From Giardia intestinalis (taxonomy: Eukaryota): a stretch of 64,000 nucleotides of DNA. The stretch is taken from NCBI GenBank assembly GCA_000002435.2, contig CM018790.1. The stretch is one strand, 5' to 3'. Shown in pieces: positions 9,701 to 17,702 of this stretch. The notes under the pieces were generated by a model. That model was not told the origin of the DNA. It did not search any database and saw only the letters and a program-made list of their open reading frames with translations. The first letter of the stretch is position 1. Every line of letters begins with the position of its first letter. The translations under genes were made by a program, and so were the position numbers.

Positions 9701-10798
9701 AAGGACGCGCAATACGTCGCGGCCAACAAGAAGAGCTGCAAGGATGCCTGCGACACGAGCGGAGGAGAGGTAATAGACCAGGCTGCCAGCCCGGCGAAGG
9801 TCTGCAAGTGTGACGGAGACAATGGCTACACGCTCCAGGGCGACGCGTGCACCAAGGCGGCTCCTGACAACGCGTGCCAGACAGAGAACTGCCAGGAATG
9901 CACTAGCAAAGGCACGGCCAACGAGGTCTGTACAAAGTGTACTTCTACTCATTACTTGACACCAACAAACCAGTGCGTACCTGACTGCGCAGCCATCAGC
10001 GGATACTACGGAGATACTGACAAGAAGTGTAAGCCATGCAGCCTTGAGTGTGCTGAGTGCGTTGGGCCGGCCAACAATCAGTGCAGTGCCTGTCCTGCTG
10101 GCAAGAAACTGACATATACAGATGACAGCCATCCTAATAACGGAGGCGCCTGCGGGGATGCGTGCAAAGTGTCTGCAGATGGCACTGGCTGTGAGACATG
10201 TGGGGCCCAAATAGGAGGAACTGCATACTGCTCAAAGTGCAAGACCTCTACTCAGGCCCCCTTGAACGGCAACTGTGCGGCCAATTCACGAGCAGCCTTC
10301 TGTGCAACAATCACAAATGGGGCCTGTACACAATGCAATGAGGGTTACTTCCTCAAGGACGGCGGCTGCTATCAGACAGATAGACAGCCTGGTAAGCAGG
10401 TGTGTAGTAGTGCACAGGGAGGAACATGTCAGACGTGTGCCAACGGACTGCAGGCACAAGGTGGGGCCTGTGGGGAGTGCCATTCTACTTGTGCTACGTG
10501 CTCGACTGCAGGTGCGGCTGATAAGTGTAAGACCTGTGCCACTGGGTATTACAAGACAAGCGATAGTGATGGCCCGTGCATGAAGTGCTCAGAGAAGATC
10601 TCCGGATGCAAGCAATGTGTGTCGTCATCTGGCAGCTCAGTCATATGTTTAGAATCAGAAGTAGGCACTGGTGGAAGCGTCAACAAGAGTGGCCTCTCCA
10701 CGGGGGCCATAGCCGGTATCGCTGTTGCTGTGATTGTTGTTGTAGGTGGTCTTGTTGGTTTCTTGTGTTGGTGGTTCCTGTGCAGAGGAAAGGCGTAG
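6755..10798 (+). CDS. vsp: Variant-specific surface protein (VSP) with 12.3 tandem 83-aa Cys-rich repeats; signal peptide MLVGFLLVCATVLA; KDGGCY motif; C-terminal TM plus CRGKA
   Basis: The track ORF is 6461..10798. The first ATG that gives a signal peptide is 6755, since 6461-6754 is GC-rich without signal features. The protein has dense CXXC motifs and ends …GGLVGFLCWWFLCRGKA, the hallmark Giardia VSP tail. AGTAAAC follows 13 nt after the TAG stop. Confidence 0.85.
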   Translation: MLVGFLLVCATVLAKDSGKTAQCDGDNGYTLQGDACTKAAPDNACQTLGTAGCATCDSGSGGETCLTCKKDAQYVAANKKSCKDACDTSGGEVIDQAASPAKVCKCDGDNGYTLQGDACTKAAPDNACQTLGTAGCATCDSGSGGETCLTCKKDAQYVAANKKSCKDACDTSGGEVIDQAASPAKVCKCDGDNGYTLQGDACTKAAPDNACQTLGTAGCATCDSGSGGETCLTCKKDAQYVAANKKSCKDACDTSGGEVIDQAASPAKVCKCDGDNGYTLQGDACTKAAPDNACQTLGTAGCATCDSGSGGETCLTCKKDAQYVAANKKSCKDACDTSGGEVIDQAASPAKVCKCDGDNGYTLQGDACTKAAPDNACQTLGTAGCATCDSGSGGETCLTCKKDAQYVAANKKSCKDACDTSGGEVIDQAASPAKVCKCDGDNGYTLQGDACTKAAPDNACQTLGTAGCATCDSGSGGETCLTCKKDAQYVAANKKSCKDACDTSGGEVIDQAASPAKVCKCDGDNGYTLQGDACTKAAPDNACQTLGTAGCATCDSGSGGETCLTCKKDAQYVAANKKSCKDACDTSGGEVIDQAASPAKVCKCDGDNGYTLQGDACTKAAPDNACQTLGTAGCATCDSGSGGETCLTCKKDAQYVAANKKSCKDACDTSGGEVIDQAASPAKVCKCDGDNGYTLQGDACTKAAPDNACQTLGTAGCATCDSGSGGETCLTCKKDAQYVAANKKSCKDACDTSGGEVIDQAASPAKVCKCDGDNGYTLQGDACTKAAPDNACQTLGTAGCATCDSGSGGETCLTCKKDAQYVAANKKSCKDACDTSGGEVIDQAASPAKVCKCDGDNGYTLQGDACTKAAPDNACQTLGTAGCATCDSGSGGETCLTCKKDAQYVAANKKSCKDACDTSGGEVIDQAASPAKVCKCDGDNGYTLQGDACTKAAPDNACQTLGTAGCATCDSGSGGETCLTCKKDAQYVAANKKSCKDACDTSGGEVIDQAASPAKVCKCDGDNGYTLQGDACTKAAPDNACQTENCQECTSKGTANEVCTKCTSTHYLTPTNQCVPDCAAISGYYGDTDKKCKPCSLECAECVGPANNQCSACPAGKKLTYTDDSHPNNGGACGDACKVSADGTGCETCGAQIGGTAYCSKCKTSTQAPLNGNCAANSRAAFCATITNGACTQCNEGYFLKDGGCYQTDRQPGKQVCSSAQGGTCQTCANGLQAQGGACGECHSTCATCSTAGAADKCKTCATGYYKTSDSDGPCMKCSEKISGCKQCVSSSGSSVICLESEVGTGGSVNKSGLSTGAIAGIAVAVIVVVGGLVGFLCWWFLCRGKA
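6821..9883 (+). repeat. Tandem array of 12 complete plus 0.3 copies of a 249-bp unit inside the VSP CDS, with no differences seen between copies
   Basis: The unit tgtgacggagacaatggcta… recurs at 6821, 7070, 7319 … 9809 with a period of exactly 249. Every repeat-derived ORF translation is identical. Each unit has 10 Cys (CATC, CLTC, CKDAC). Confidence 0.9.
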
Positions 10799-10810
10799 AT
10801 GTACTTAGAT

Positions 10811-10817
10811 AGTAAAC
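10811..10817 (+). terminator. Giardia poly(A) signal AGTAAAC for the VSP
   Basis: AGTRAAY consensus 13 nt downstream of the stop codon. Confidence 0.6.
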
Positions 10818-11164
10818 ACGTCACTAGTGGTGCAGCTGCCGACAAGCGGGTGCGCCTTATGTACGTTGCTAGCCTGCAACCGGGAGAAGGGGTGGCCGCT
10901 TCCCTGCCCCCGAGCGTGCTCTGCACAGCGCCGTTGACACCGTCATGGCCGAGAACGGTGCACTCGATATCCTGCGCCTGCCGATGAGCTGCATCGATGC
11001 GAGGAGAGCAGCCCAGCTCCACAGCTCGTCTGCTTCTGATGGGATCTATTAGCACGCGTAGGCAGCCCGAACAGTCTTATTTTTGCTTCGGCGAACTGGG
11101 CAAGATCGGAGTTTAATGGCAGTTGAGGCAAGTGAAGGCAGGCCCCTTGCTCCCAGGCAGTGTT

Positions 11165-12421
11165 CAGAGTCCGAAGCTCGGATGCCGCCCACTCTGGAGA
11201 AGAGCCTTGTGCATCCCGCCTGGGAGCCGTTGGGTGCTCCACTATGCGCTCCGGGGCGTCTCTTCTCTCTGGCCCGTCGGGGTCAACCATCGTCTGACAT
11301 CTATTGAGCATCCGTTGTCTCGGGCCTTGTGTCGGTCACAGCGATCTAGTCTCGAGAGCAATTGACTCTGGCCATGTACTCCGGAGTAGCTTTGTGGTGC
11401 TGATGCTTCATGACGAAGATAGGATACGCCACGACCCCGGGTGCCTACCTCGTTCCTCGGGGTGCCTCTTCATCTTCTCGTGGAGGGCACCATCTGTTCC
11501 ATTATCAAGGATGCGCTCCCCGTGCGCCTCTATCTTGGAGTCATAGTACGCGTTCGCGGATGCCGGCAGAGTACTCCCATGCGTTGTGTCGGGGGAGAGG
11601 TCCGGCCCTGGTTTGCCCTCCTACTCATGGATCGCAGTGCACTCTTGCAGGTGGTCCGTCACCCAGCACGAGATCATGTCGGCGCTCACCCTGTGCAGTG
11701 CGTCTGGCTCGGTGACGTGTGGGCTGGTCCATCTGCACAGCACACTTGGGTGATGCTTCGGTCCACCGAGGCGTCGGTCCAGGGCCACCTCTCTGAGAGG
11801 CGTCGTCTGAGGCACCAGGAGCGGTCAGGACCGGTTCATCGAGGTCGTCTCTCTACAACCGGCGCCTGTCCACTCGAGGGTGTCAGGCACTGCCAGCTGC
11901 TGCGGCAGACGCCCGGCAGGTGGCCCAGGTCACCGCTCTCCGGTGTGGGCAGGATCAGTCCGCCTCTGTCAGCCAAGCACCCCAGGGGCCCCATCTCTTG
12001 TCGAGGGATTCACATGGGTTGCGTGTGGGTCCGTCTCAACCAGCACGGCGAGTGATTAGTGCCATCACTAGCTTCGGCCCTCCGTTGCCCTGGGAGCTCC
12101 TTCGACCGGCCAGGAAGGAGGCCTCCTGCCCCTCTGTGTTCCTATACTTGTCAGTGTTGACCGTCGAGCCAATCGCTTCGCCAGGCCTGCCGCCTCTGTG
12201 ACTACCCCCGTCGCGTCACTGTTGCTACTATGGAAGATGGATGTGTCGTCGGCATGGGCACTGAGCGGGGCATCTCCTCAGCTCCTGGTGAGCAGGTTCT
12301 GTCCCGCGCAGTGTGGAGGCATGCTCAGGGCCCCGAGGGACCGAGTCCAGGGGTGCAGCGTGCGGCGCCCGGGATGAGACGCCTGGGGCTGCGGCCCCCT
12401 GCAGACAGGCGTCCCCGCGCG
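11165..12421. repeat. Right arm of the 1257-bp inverted repeat (partner of 2735-3991)
   Basis: Reverse-complement identity with the left arm. Inner edge: cagagtccgaag = revcomp of cttcggactctg at 3980-3991. Outer edge: identity stops at 12421/2735. Confidence 0.85.
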
Positions 12422-12593
12422 GGTGCTCACGAACGTTGAAAGAGAATATTTACAGTTGAACCCTCAGCTTACATCAGCGTTCTTCAGGGTAGTCATCTTT
12501 TAATAGAGCATATTATAGAGATATCTACGCATATGACTAGCATGTGACTATAGATAGGACCAATTCAATCCTTTAAAAAGATCATCCTTCAAA

Positions 12594-13055
12594 ATGACTA
12601 TCTTCGATCTTCTGTTCAATTCTGAGACTAGTAACGTTAAATCAGTCCATAGGGCTCCTCATACACTTATCTTTCTTGCATTTGTCTGTACAAAATGCGG
12701 CGAAAAGACGAAAGAGATAGGAATATGCCCCGAGGATAGGGTAGAAATACCTAATTCTAAGGGTGACACCAACATGCACTACAAGTGCAAAGGATGTAGT
12801 TCCAGATGTAATGTAGATATCATTTCCGAAGCCACCTTTGCCCCAGAAGACGCAGGTCCAACTGGAGCACGCGTTGCCACGGTCGAGTGTCGAGGATCGC
12901 TGCAGCCACTAAAATGGTACTATGATCAGTTGATCGTCACGTCTGCCAGTGGCACAGAGCTAAAGGCTTCTGGCAGTGACCCAGACTGGTGTGATTATGA
13001 TGAACTACTAGAGGAGCAGGTGGAGCTGACCGAGATGAGGTTTACTGTGCAGTAA
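12594..13055 (+). CDS. DUF866 / CXXC-motif zinc-binding protein (C1orf123/CZIB family), 153 aa
   Basis: CTKCGEK … CKGCSSRC zinc knuckles, …VECRGSLQPLKW… and a C-terminal DPDWCDYDE…MRFTVQ, resembling human C1orf123 (VEFECRGLEPVDF … KDWTDYDEK…). AGTAAAT overlaps the stop. Confidence 0.6.
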   Translation: MTIFDLLFNSETSNVKSVHRAPHTLIFLAFVCTKCGEKTKEIGICPEDRVEIPNSKGDTNMHYKCKGCSSRCNVDIISEATFAPEDAGPTGARVATVECRGSLQPLKWYYDQLIVTSASGTELKASGSDPDWCDYDELLEEQVELTEMRFTVQ

Positions 13056-13079
13056 ATGAGAGCAGGAACTCGTGATATT

Positions 13080-15431
13080 TCATTTACGCTTGGGCGGCAC
13101 GGGGCGTTGGGCCGGCCCGGGACCAATTGCAGGACGCTGAACTAATTGGGAATTGCGCTCCGTTGTTTGGTGCTGAGGCGCTTCAATGGTGATCTTCTTC
13201 TCAGCAATAAGTGTCTGTTCTGTTGCCAAGAGAATACCAAGGATTCTTATTTGGTTCTTTAATTGGAGATCCAATTCATTACGCAACCTAACCAGCTGTT
13301 CTTGCTTTGGCTTGATTACTTCTTCTTGAAACTCGATCTCCTTGGCTTGCATTGCTGCTTCTAGCTCTGTGATTTTGTTGAACGTAACACTGGCTTTATC
13401 CCGTGCTTGCTTCCTCTTCAATTCAATAGTAGCGATTTCTGCCTCACCCTTTGATGTTATTTGTGATATTTGCTGAGTTACTGAGTTCAGTTTGCCTTCC
13501 TTAATATTGTTATCCTTCCGTGCCTCGTCTAATACACTCTGAAGCTCGTCAATGTTAGTTGTCCAGTTTGAGTGTTCGCTGTGGCACTTGTCTATCTCGT
13601 CTATAAGGGCAACGCACTTTTCTGCTAAAAGGTCATGCTTCTGCTGAATTCCATCCTTAATTTTCATAACCTTAGCAAGCTGTTTGGTCTGCTCCTGAAG
13701 TGCATCTTCGAGCTCAGTTGTTGTGTTCTCAACGTGTAAAGCCTGATTGTTGTGAACTAGTGTGTTTATTCTTTCATATAAGCTATAAGAAATCCTATTG
13801 AGCTCTAAATTTAAGACCGTTAATTTGTGGTATGCAGACAAAGAAGCATAGATAATGCGTGCCGATACATCTGTTCCACTGTTTCCCTTTAAGTTAAGAA
13901 TCTTGAGAGCAGCACAAGCTGGTATCGCCTTTGCGATACTAGATATTCCTTGATCTAAAATCCCGCAGTGAGAGACTTCAAGAGCCTCTAATGATTCAGA
14001 ATTGCCAATGTTGTTGCCTATGAAAATGGCCCCTTGATTAGCGATGTTGTTCCCAGTTAATGATAGAGTCTTGAGAGCTGGAAGCCTCATCACGTTAACG
14101 ATTAGGGCCTCAAAAGCTGTTGTGAATTCAGTTTGATTTAGATCAATAGCACAATATGATAAATTAATAGACTCAAGGGTTTCATTCTTTTGAAGGGCCA
14201 AAGCCAATTGCCCGATTGCCTCGGGTGACAAAGGAATGTCCGAGACGTCGAGAGCACGTAAGGAGCACGTGTCTCCAAAATACAGCACTGTATCTTTTTC
14301 TCCATCGCTTGGTTCATCTGTGGTCTGAGCAGGTGCAGAGTCATGGGTCCCAGTTGCAAGAGGAAGGTGATCACCTTGCTTTACAGTAGCAGACGTGTCA
14401 GCAGATGGATCCAGTTCGTTGTGCGGTATCTCTGGTGTTGGATCAGTGATATTAACTCTCTCCCTAATCACCTTGCCTGTCTCAATGAAGTTCTTCATAC
14501 CAGGGCAAAGACCCTTGAATGTCTCGTGCCGCCAGCGAGTGCGCTCCTGCATGCGTTTATTATATGCCTCTGCAGCTGCTGCCAAATCGGCAGACTTGTG
14601 GCGTAGTGCAGAAAAGGGTAGTACCAAGGAGCGTGCTAGGGTGGTGTTCTTGCTAAGTATTAGAGTATGTAGATGTTTGAGACGCTTAATGCCTATTTCA
14701 ATAGCTTGACAACAGTCGCCAGTCAGTGTAGAGGAATTCCCGGAAAGATCGACATAGACCAGCTCTGAAAGCATGTTAGCACCGGTGGATGCTTCTCGAG
14801 TGAATATGTGTTCAACCGCCTTATTAGATATGTCTGTGTTCTGCAGATGCAGGTGGGTTAGGGAGGATGGGTGGGATATTGCCTTGAAGAGGGTCGCACC
14901 TGAATTACCACGGAGCTGTGTATTCGTGAAGACTAAGGACTTTATAGTGGAATTTGCAGAGACAAACGCCGCTAGTGCATGGGCTCCTATTTCTCCAGGC
15001 CTGTTTCGCCGTTCTGCCGAACTTGTGCTAGATAGATCAATGTTCTCTATAAGGCATCGATGCTTGCGCAACATGGTAAAAAAGTAATCAAATCCAGTGG
15101 GAGAAAGTCCAACTGACCGTAGCTTTACAGTTTTTAGGTCAGTGAACGAAGATCCCGCTTCAAGGAGCAGAGCTGCTCCCTCGTCTAAAATTGGATTCAT
15201 ACTAAGATCCAGTGTGTGGATTACGCCGTAGAAGTGGGTGAGAAGCTCGCAAACAATGGGAATCGATGAGGCTTTAAGACCCTGGTCTGCCAAGGCAAGA
15301 ATGCCATCTTGTATTTGTGGGGCAACAGCAACGATAAATCTTTCATAGAGGTTATCTGTAGGTATGATACCGAGGTCACGACACTTCTGAGAATAGAGTT
15401 TGCCCCAAAGGGGAGTCTTTGTGTCTAGCAT
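13080..15431 (-). CDS. Leucine-rich-repeat (RNI-like) protein with two LRR blocks and a C-terminal coiled coil, 783 aa
   Basis: LxxLxLxxN / RNI-type repeats (LDLSMNPILDEGAALLLEA…; LSLTGNNIANQGAIFIGNNIG…). Heptad-rich K/E/Q C-terminus. The ATG is verified. Confidence 0.6.
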   Translation of the reverse strand: MLDTKTPLWGKLYSQKCRDLGIIPTDNLYERFIVAVAPQIQDGILALADQGLKASSIPIVCELLTHFYGVIHTLDLSMNPILDEGAALLLEAGSSFTDLKTVKLRSVGLSPTGFDYFFTMLRKHRCLIENIDLSSTSSAERRNRPGEIGAHALAAFVSANSTIKSLVFTNTQLRGNSGATLFKAISHPSSLTHLHLQNTDISNKAVEHIFTREASTGANMLSELVYVDLSGNSSTLTGDCCQAIEIGIKRLKHLHTLILSKNTTLARSLVLPFSALRHKSADLAAAAEAYNKRMQERTRWRHETFKGLCPGMKNFIETGKVIRERVNITDPTPEIPHNELDPSADTSATVKQGDHLPLATGTHDSAPAQTTDEPSDGEKDTVLYFGDTCSLRALDVSDIPLSPEAIGQLALALQKNETLESINLSYCAIDLNQTEFTTAFEALIVNVMRLPALKTLSLTGNNIANQGAIFIGNNIGNSESLEALEVSHCGILDQGISSIAKAIPACAALKILNLKGNSGTDVSARIIYASLSAYHKLTVLNLELNRISYSLYERINTLVHNNQALHVENTTTELEDALQEQTKQLAKVMKIKDGIQQKHDLLAEKCVALIDEIDKCHSEHSNWTTNIDELQSVLDEARKDNNIKEGKLNSVTQQISQITSKGEAEIATIELKRKQARDKASVTFNKITELEAAMQAKEIEFQEEVIKPKQEQLVRLRNELDLQLKNQIRILGILLATEQTLIAEKKITIEAPQHQTTERNSQLVQRPAIGPGPAQRPVPPKRK

Positions 15432-15456
15432 AGATTTTGATTTAAGAACAGTGGGT

Positions 15457-17541
15457 TCACTCTGTTTTGGTTGCTAGAGAGGGCATTATCCGGAGCGCAG
15501 ATATAAAGATGGTTGCGACAAGTACAAACATGCATGCCCGCTCCCAGTAGCTGGCCAGGGCTTCGTTTGGTAAACTCATTTCGATAATGTCCAGATAGGG
15601 TCCTGATGTTAGAAGAATAGCGTTTTTGTGTTCTGTTGGGTGTAGGCGTGCAAATAATATCGTGCTACTGGCACGTGAACCCTCGTCGTCATGAAACACG
15701 TCGGCTGTATCGGCATGCTGCATGCTATCTTCAGGTAACTTAAATATGGCCATTTCTTTGCCATTGTACAGGTCAAAGATATGTGCCCGCGTGCCCATGG
15801 TAAACACTAATACAGAATGCGAACCGGAGGCCCATTGGATGGACATGTGTGCATTCAAACTTGTGGGGATGAAGTCCGTGACAGCCGTTCGCCAAAGAAT
15901 GGCATTTGTGCTGGTAGAAAGCGCATAGATAACGCCACCCGGCGTCAAGAAGAAGGCTAGGTGGCTATTAAGCCTCTCGTCGAGATGTAATATGGGGCCA
16001 ACAAGGGATTTAATAGGATCAGGCGGTTCGTCAAATGTAGCTCCCGTGCTAAGTAGTGTGGACCTCTCTGACAGAGATAGATGCTCAATTTCCTCTGTGA
16101 GCGTCCCATTAACGCTTCTGACGCGAATATAGTCGTAGTACTTAACATCGTAAGTCTTGGCCTGCTTGAGTGAACGATCGGAGAGATAAGAAATGAATAC
16201 CTCGCCGTATTCAGCTCCTGGTTCTAGGAGGACCCCGGGCATGACGCTGTAGGCTGCTATTTCTTCCCCAGTGGCTTCATCCAAGAGAGCTATGAAGGTC
16301 GGGGAATGAAAGGCCACGATCTTGAGTCCACTTATGCCACTTATATAGTCATCGTCGTAGGCTATAATATAGTGAGATACCCCGTGGGATAGTCTATGCA
16401 CGTTGTGCTGTGTATTAAATACGTCTCGCTGCCGTAGGTATCTCCGCAGAATTTCCCAAGAGTGATCCTTCACACTAAGCCCCAGCTTCCGGGCCTTCTT
16501 TTCATCAAGAGAACACCCCCTTTTTGGTAACTTGTTGTTGCTTTTGGCAGAAAATATCTCTGAAACATTATACACCTCACAGACAGCATCAATCTCGCTT
16601 AGCAGCCATTCGGGCTCGAAGTCCTTTAGCATCCGTGTGCTCCAAGCTCGGCTGGGGATTGTTGCCGTGTTGATCCATTGCGCAGCCCCAGTCGTCAGAC
16701 TTAGTGCAGCCAAGAGAACAAGCCCGTCACCGGTAGGCGATCGTGCCACGGCGGACACAATAGCAGTATTCTCTGAAATTTCAACCTTATGAGAGACTAT
16801 CTGAAACGTAGAGAAGGCGTCCAACTCCATCTGGAATAAATCCCCCAACTCTTTGTTCACCCAAAGAGTCTTCATGTCTCTAGTAAGAAGGAAGACCTCG
16901 AGCGTGTCTGTGACGCCTGCTATATACCGTCGTGTCTTGTATGCAGCAAAGTCTGTCATCAACTTCGTTGATATCTTCTGGTCAACGCTACGAACGCGAG
17001 TCTTTAGGATGCGCTCATCGTTGAGGGTGGGAGGATTCTCTTGAATCAGGTGTCTGATGTGCCCCATTGCTCCTGTGCGTACCACAGCAGAATACGCTTC
17101 ATACTGCCAGGGATGGTTGGGGTCTTCTGCACCATGGAGGTCTACAGTTTTACAAATAGCCGGCTTCATGCGATTGACCGTAAGAACGGATGCTTTATGC
17201 TGATAGGGAGAAGTATATCTAGATGCAGCGTAACATCGATCCACAGACATTGCACGCTGAAGACCAACTAGCATGACAGCATCAACAAGAGACTCAGAAG
17301 TATAAGGATCGTAGAGGGGCAAGAGCAAATGGGGTGCCTCAACAACCTTTCCCTCCTGCACAGTCTCAACTACACCTGTAATGAGGCCCGCTTTGACGTG
17401 TGCTTCGTAATACTCGTTTCCGTAGACCCTAAGGGCCGAGGTGACGGGCTCGAGAGCCATCCCCTGTTCCTGTAAAAAGCAGAATGGAACAATCAAAATT
17501 GCTGCCAAAATAGCCAAGTAATCGGTCATGCGCAGCCGCAT
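15457..17541 (-). CDS. Type I membrane protein (signal peptide, about 640-aa luminal domain, C-terminal TM), 694 aa; function unknown, possibly EMC1-like (unverified)
   Basis: N-terminal hydrophobic MTDYLAILAAILIVPFCFL and C-terminal ACMFVLVATIFISALRIM. Long ORF with uniform codon usage. Confidence 0.5.
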   Translation of the reverse strand: MRLRMTDYLAILAAILIVPFCFLQEQGMALEPVTSALRVYGNEYYEAHVKAGLITGVVETVQEGKVVEAPHLLLPLYDPYTSESLVDAVMLVGLQRAMSVDRCYAASRYTSPYQHKASVLTVNRMKPAICKTVDLHGAEDPNHPWQYEAYSAVVRTGAMGHIRHLIQENPPTLNDERILKTRVRSVDQKISTKLMTDFAAYKTRRYIAGVTDTLEVFLLTRDMKTLWVNKELGDLFQMELDAFSTFQIVSHKVEISENTAIVSAVARSPTGDGLVLLAALSLTTGAAQWINTATIPSRAWSTRMLKDFEPEWLLSEIDAVCEVYNVSEIFSAKSNNKLPKRGCSLDEKKARKLGLSVKDHSWEILRRYLRQRDVFNTQHNVHRLSHGVSHYIIAYDDDYISGISGLKIVAFHSPTFIALLDEATGEEIAAYSVMPGVLLEPGAEYGEVFISYLSDRSLKQAKTYDVKYYDYIRVRSVNGTLTEEIEHLSLSERSTLLSTGATFDEPPDPIKSLVGPILHLDERLNSHLAFFLTPGGVIYALSTSTNAILWRTAVTDFIPTSLNAHMSIQWASGSHSVLVFTMGTRAHIFDLYNGKEMAIFKLPEDSMQHADTADVFHDDEGSRASSTILFARLHPTEHKNAILLTSGPYLDIIEMSLPNEALASYWERACMFVLVATIFISALRIMPSLATKTE

Positions 17542-17702
17542 TCCTAAAACGCTATGGTAGTGGGGCTGACTAGATGCGCAGACGCCAAGCTAGACAAAAT
17601 CCCTGCGACTTTGTATAACTGGATGCAATAAGAATTAATTAAATTTATTTCAATAGAAATTTCAATGGAATTGGCGGATTTACCTGTTTAACCTTTACTA
17701 AA

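Noticed and set aside
6821-9883. Regularly spaced identical 249-bp repeats could be mistaken for a CRISPR-like array
   Set aside because: The repeats are contiguous with no spacers and lie in-frame within a eukaryotic surface-protein gene. The organism is a eukaryote (Giardia).
6773-10210. 1145-aa minus-strand ORF plus a ladder of identical 70-aa (+) and 81-aa (-) ORFs every 249 bp
   Set aside because: These are products of the perfect 249-bp tandem repeat having no stop codons in several frames. The VSP frame is the only one with a signal peptide, CXXC motifs and the CRGKA tail.
10549-11055. 168-aa minus-strand ORF overlapping the VSP 3-prime end
   Set aside because: It is antisense to the VSP TM/CRGKA region and GC-rich downstream DNA, with no start context.
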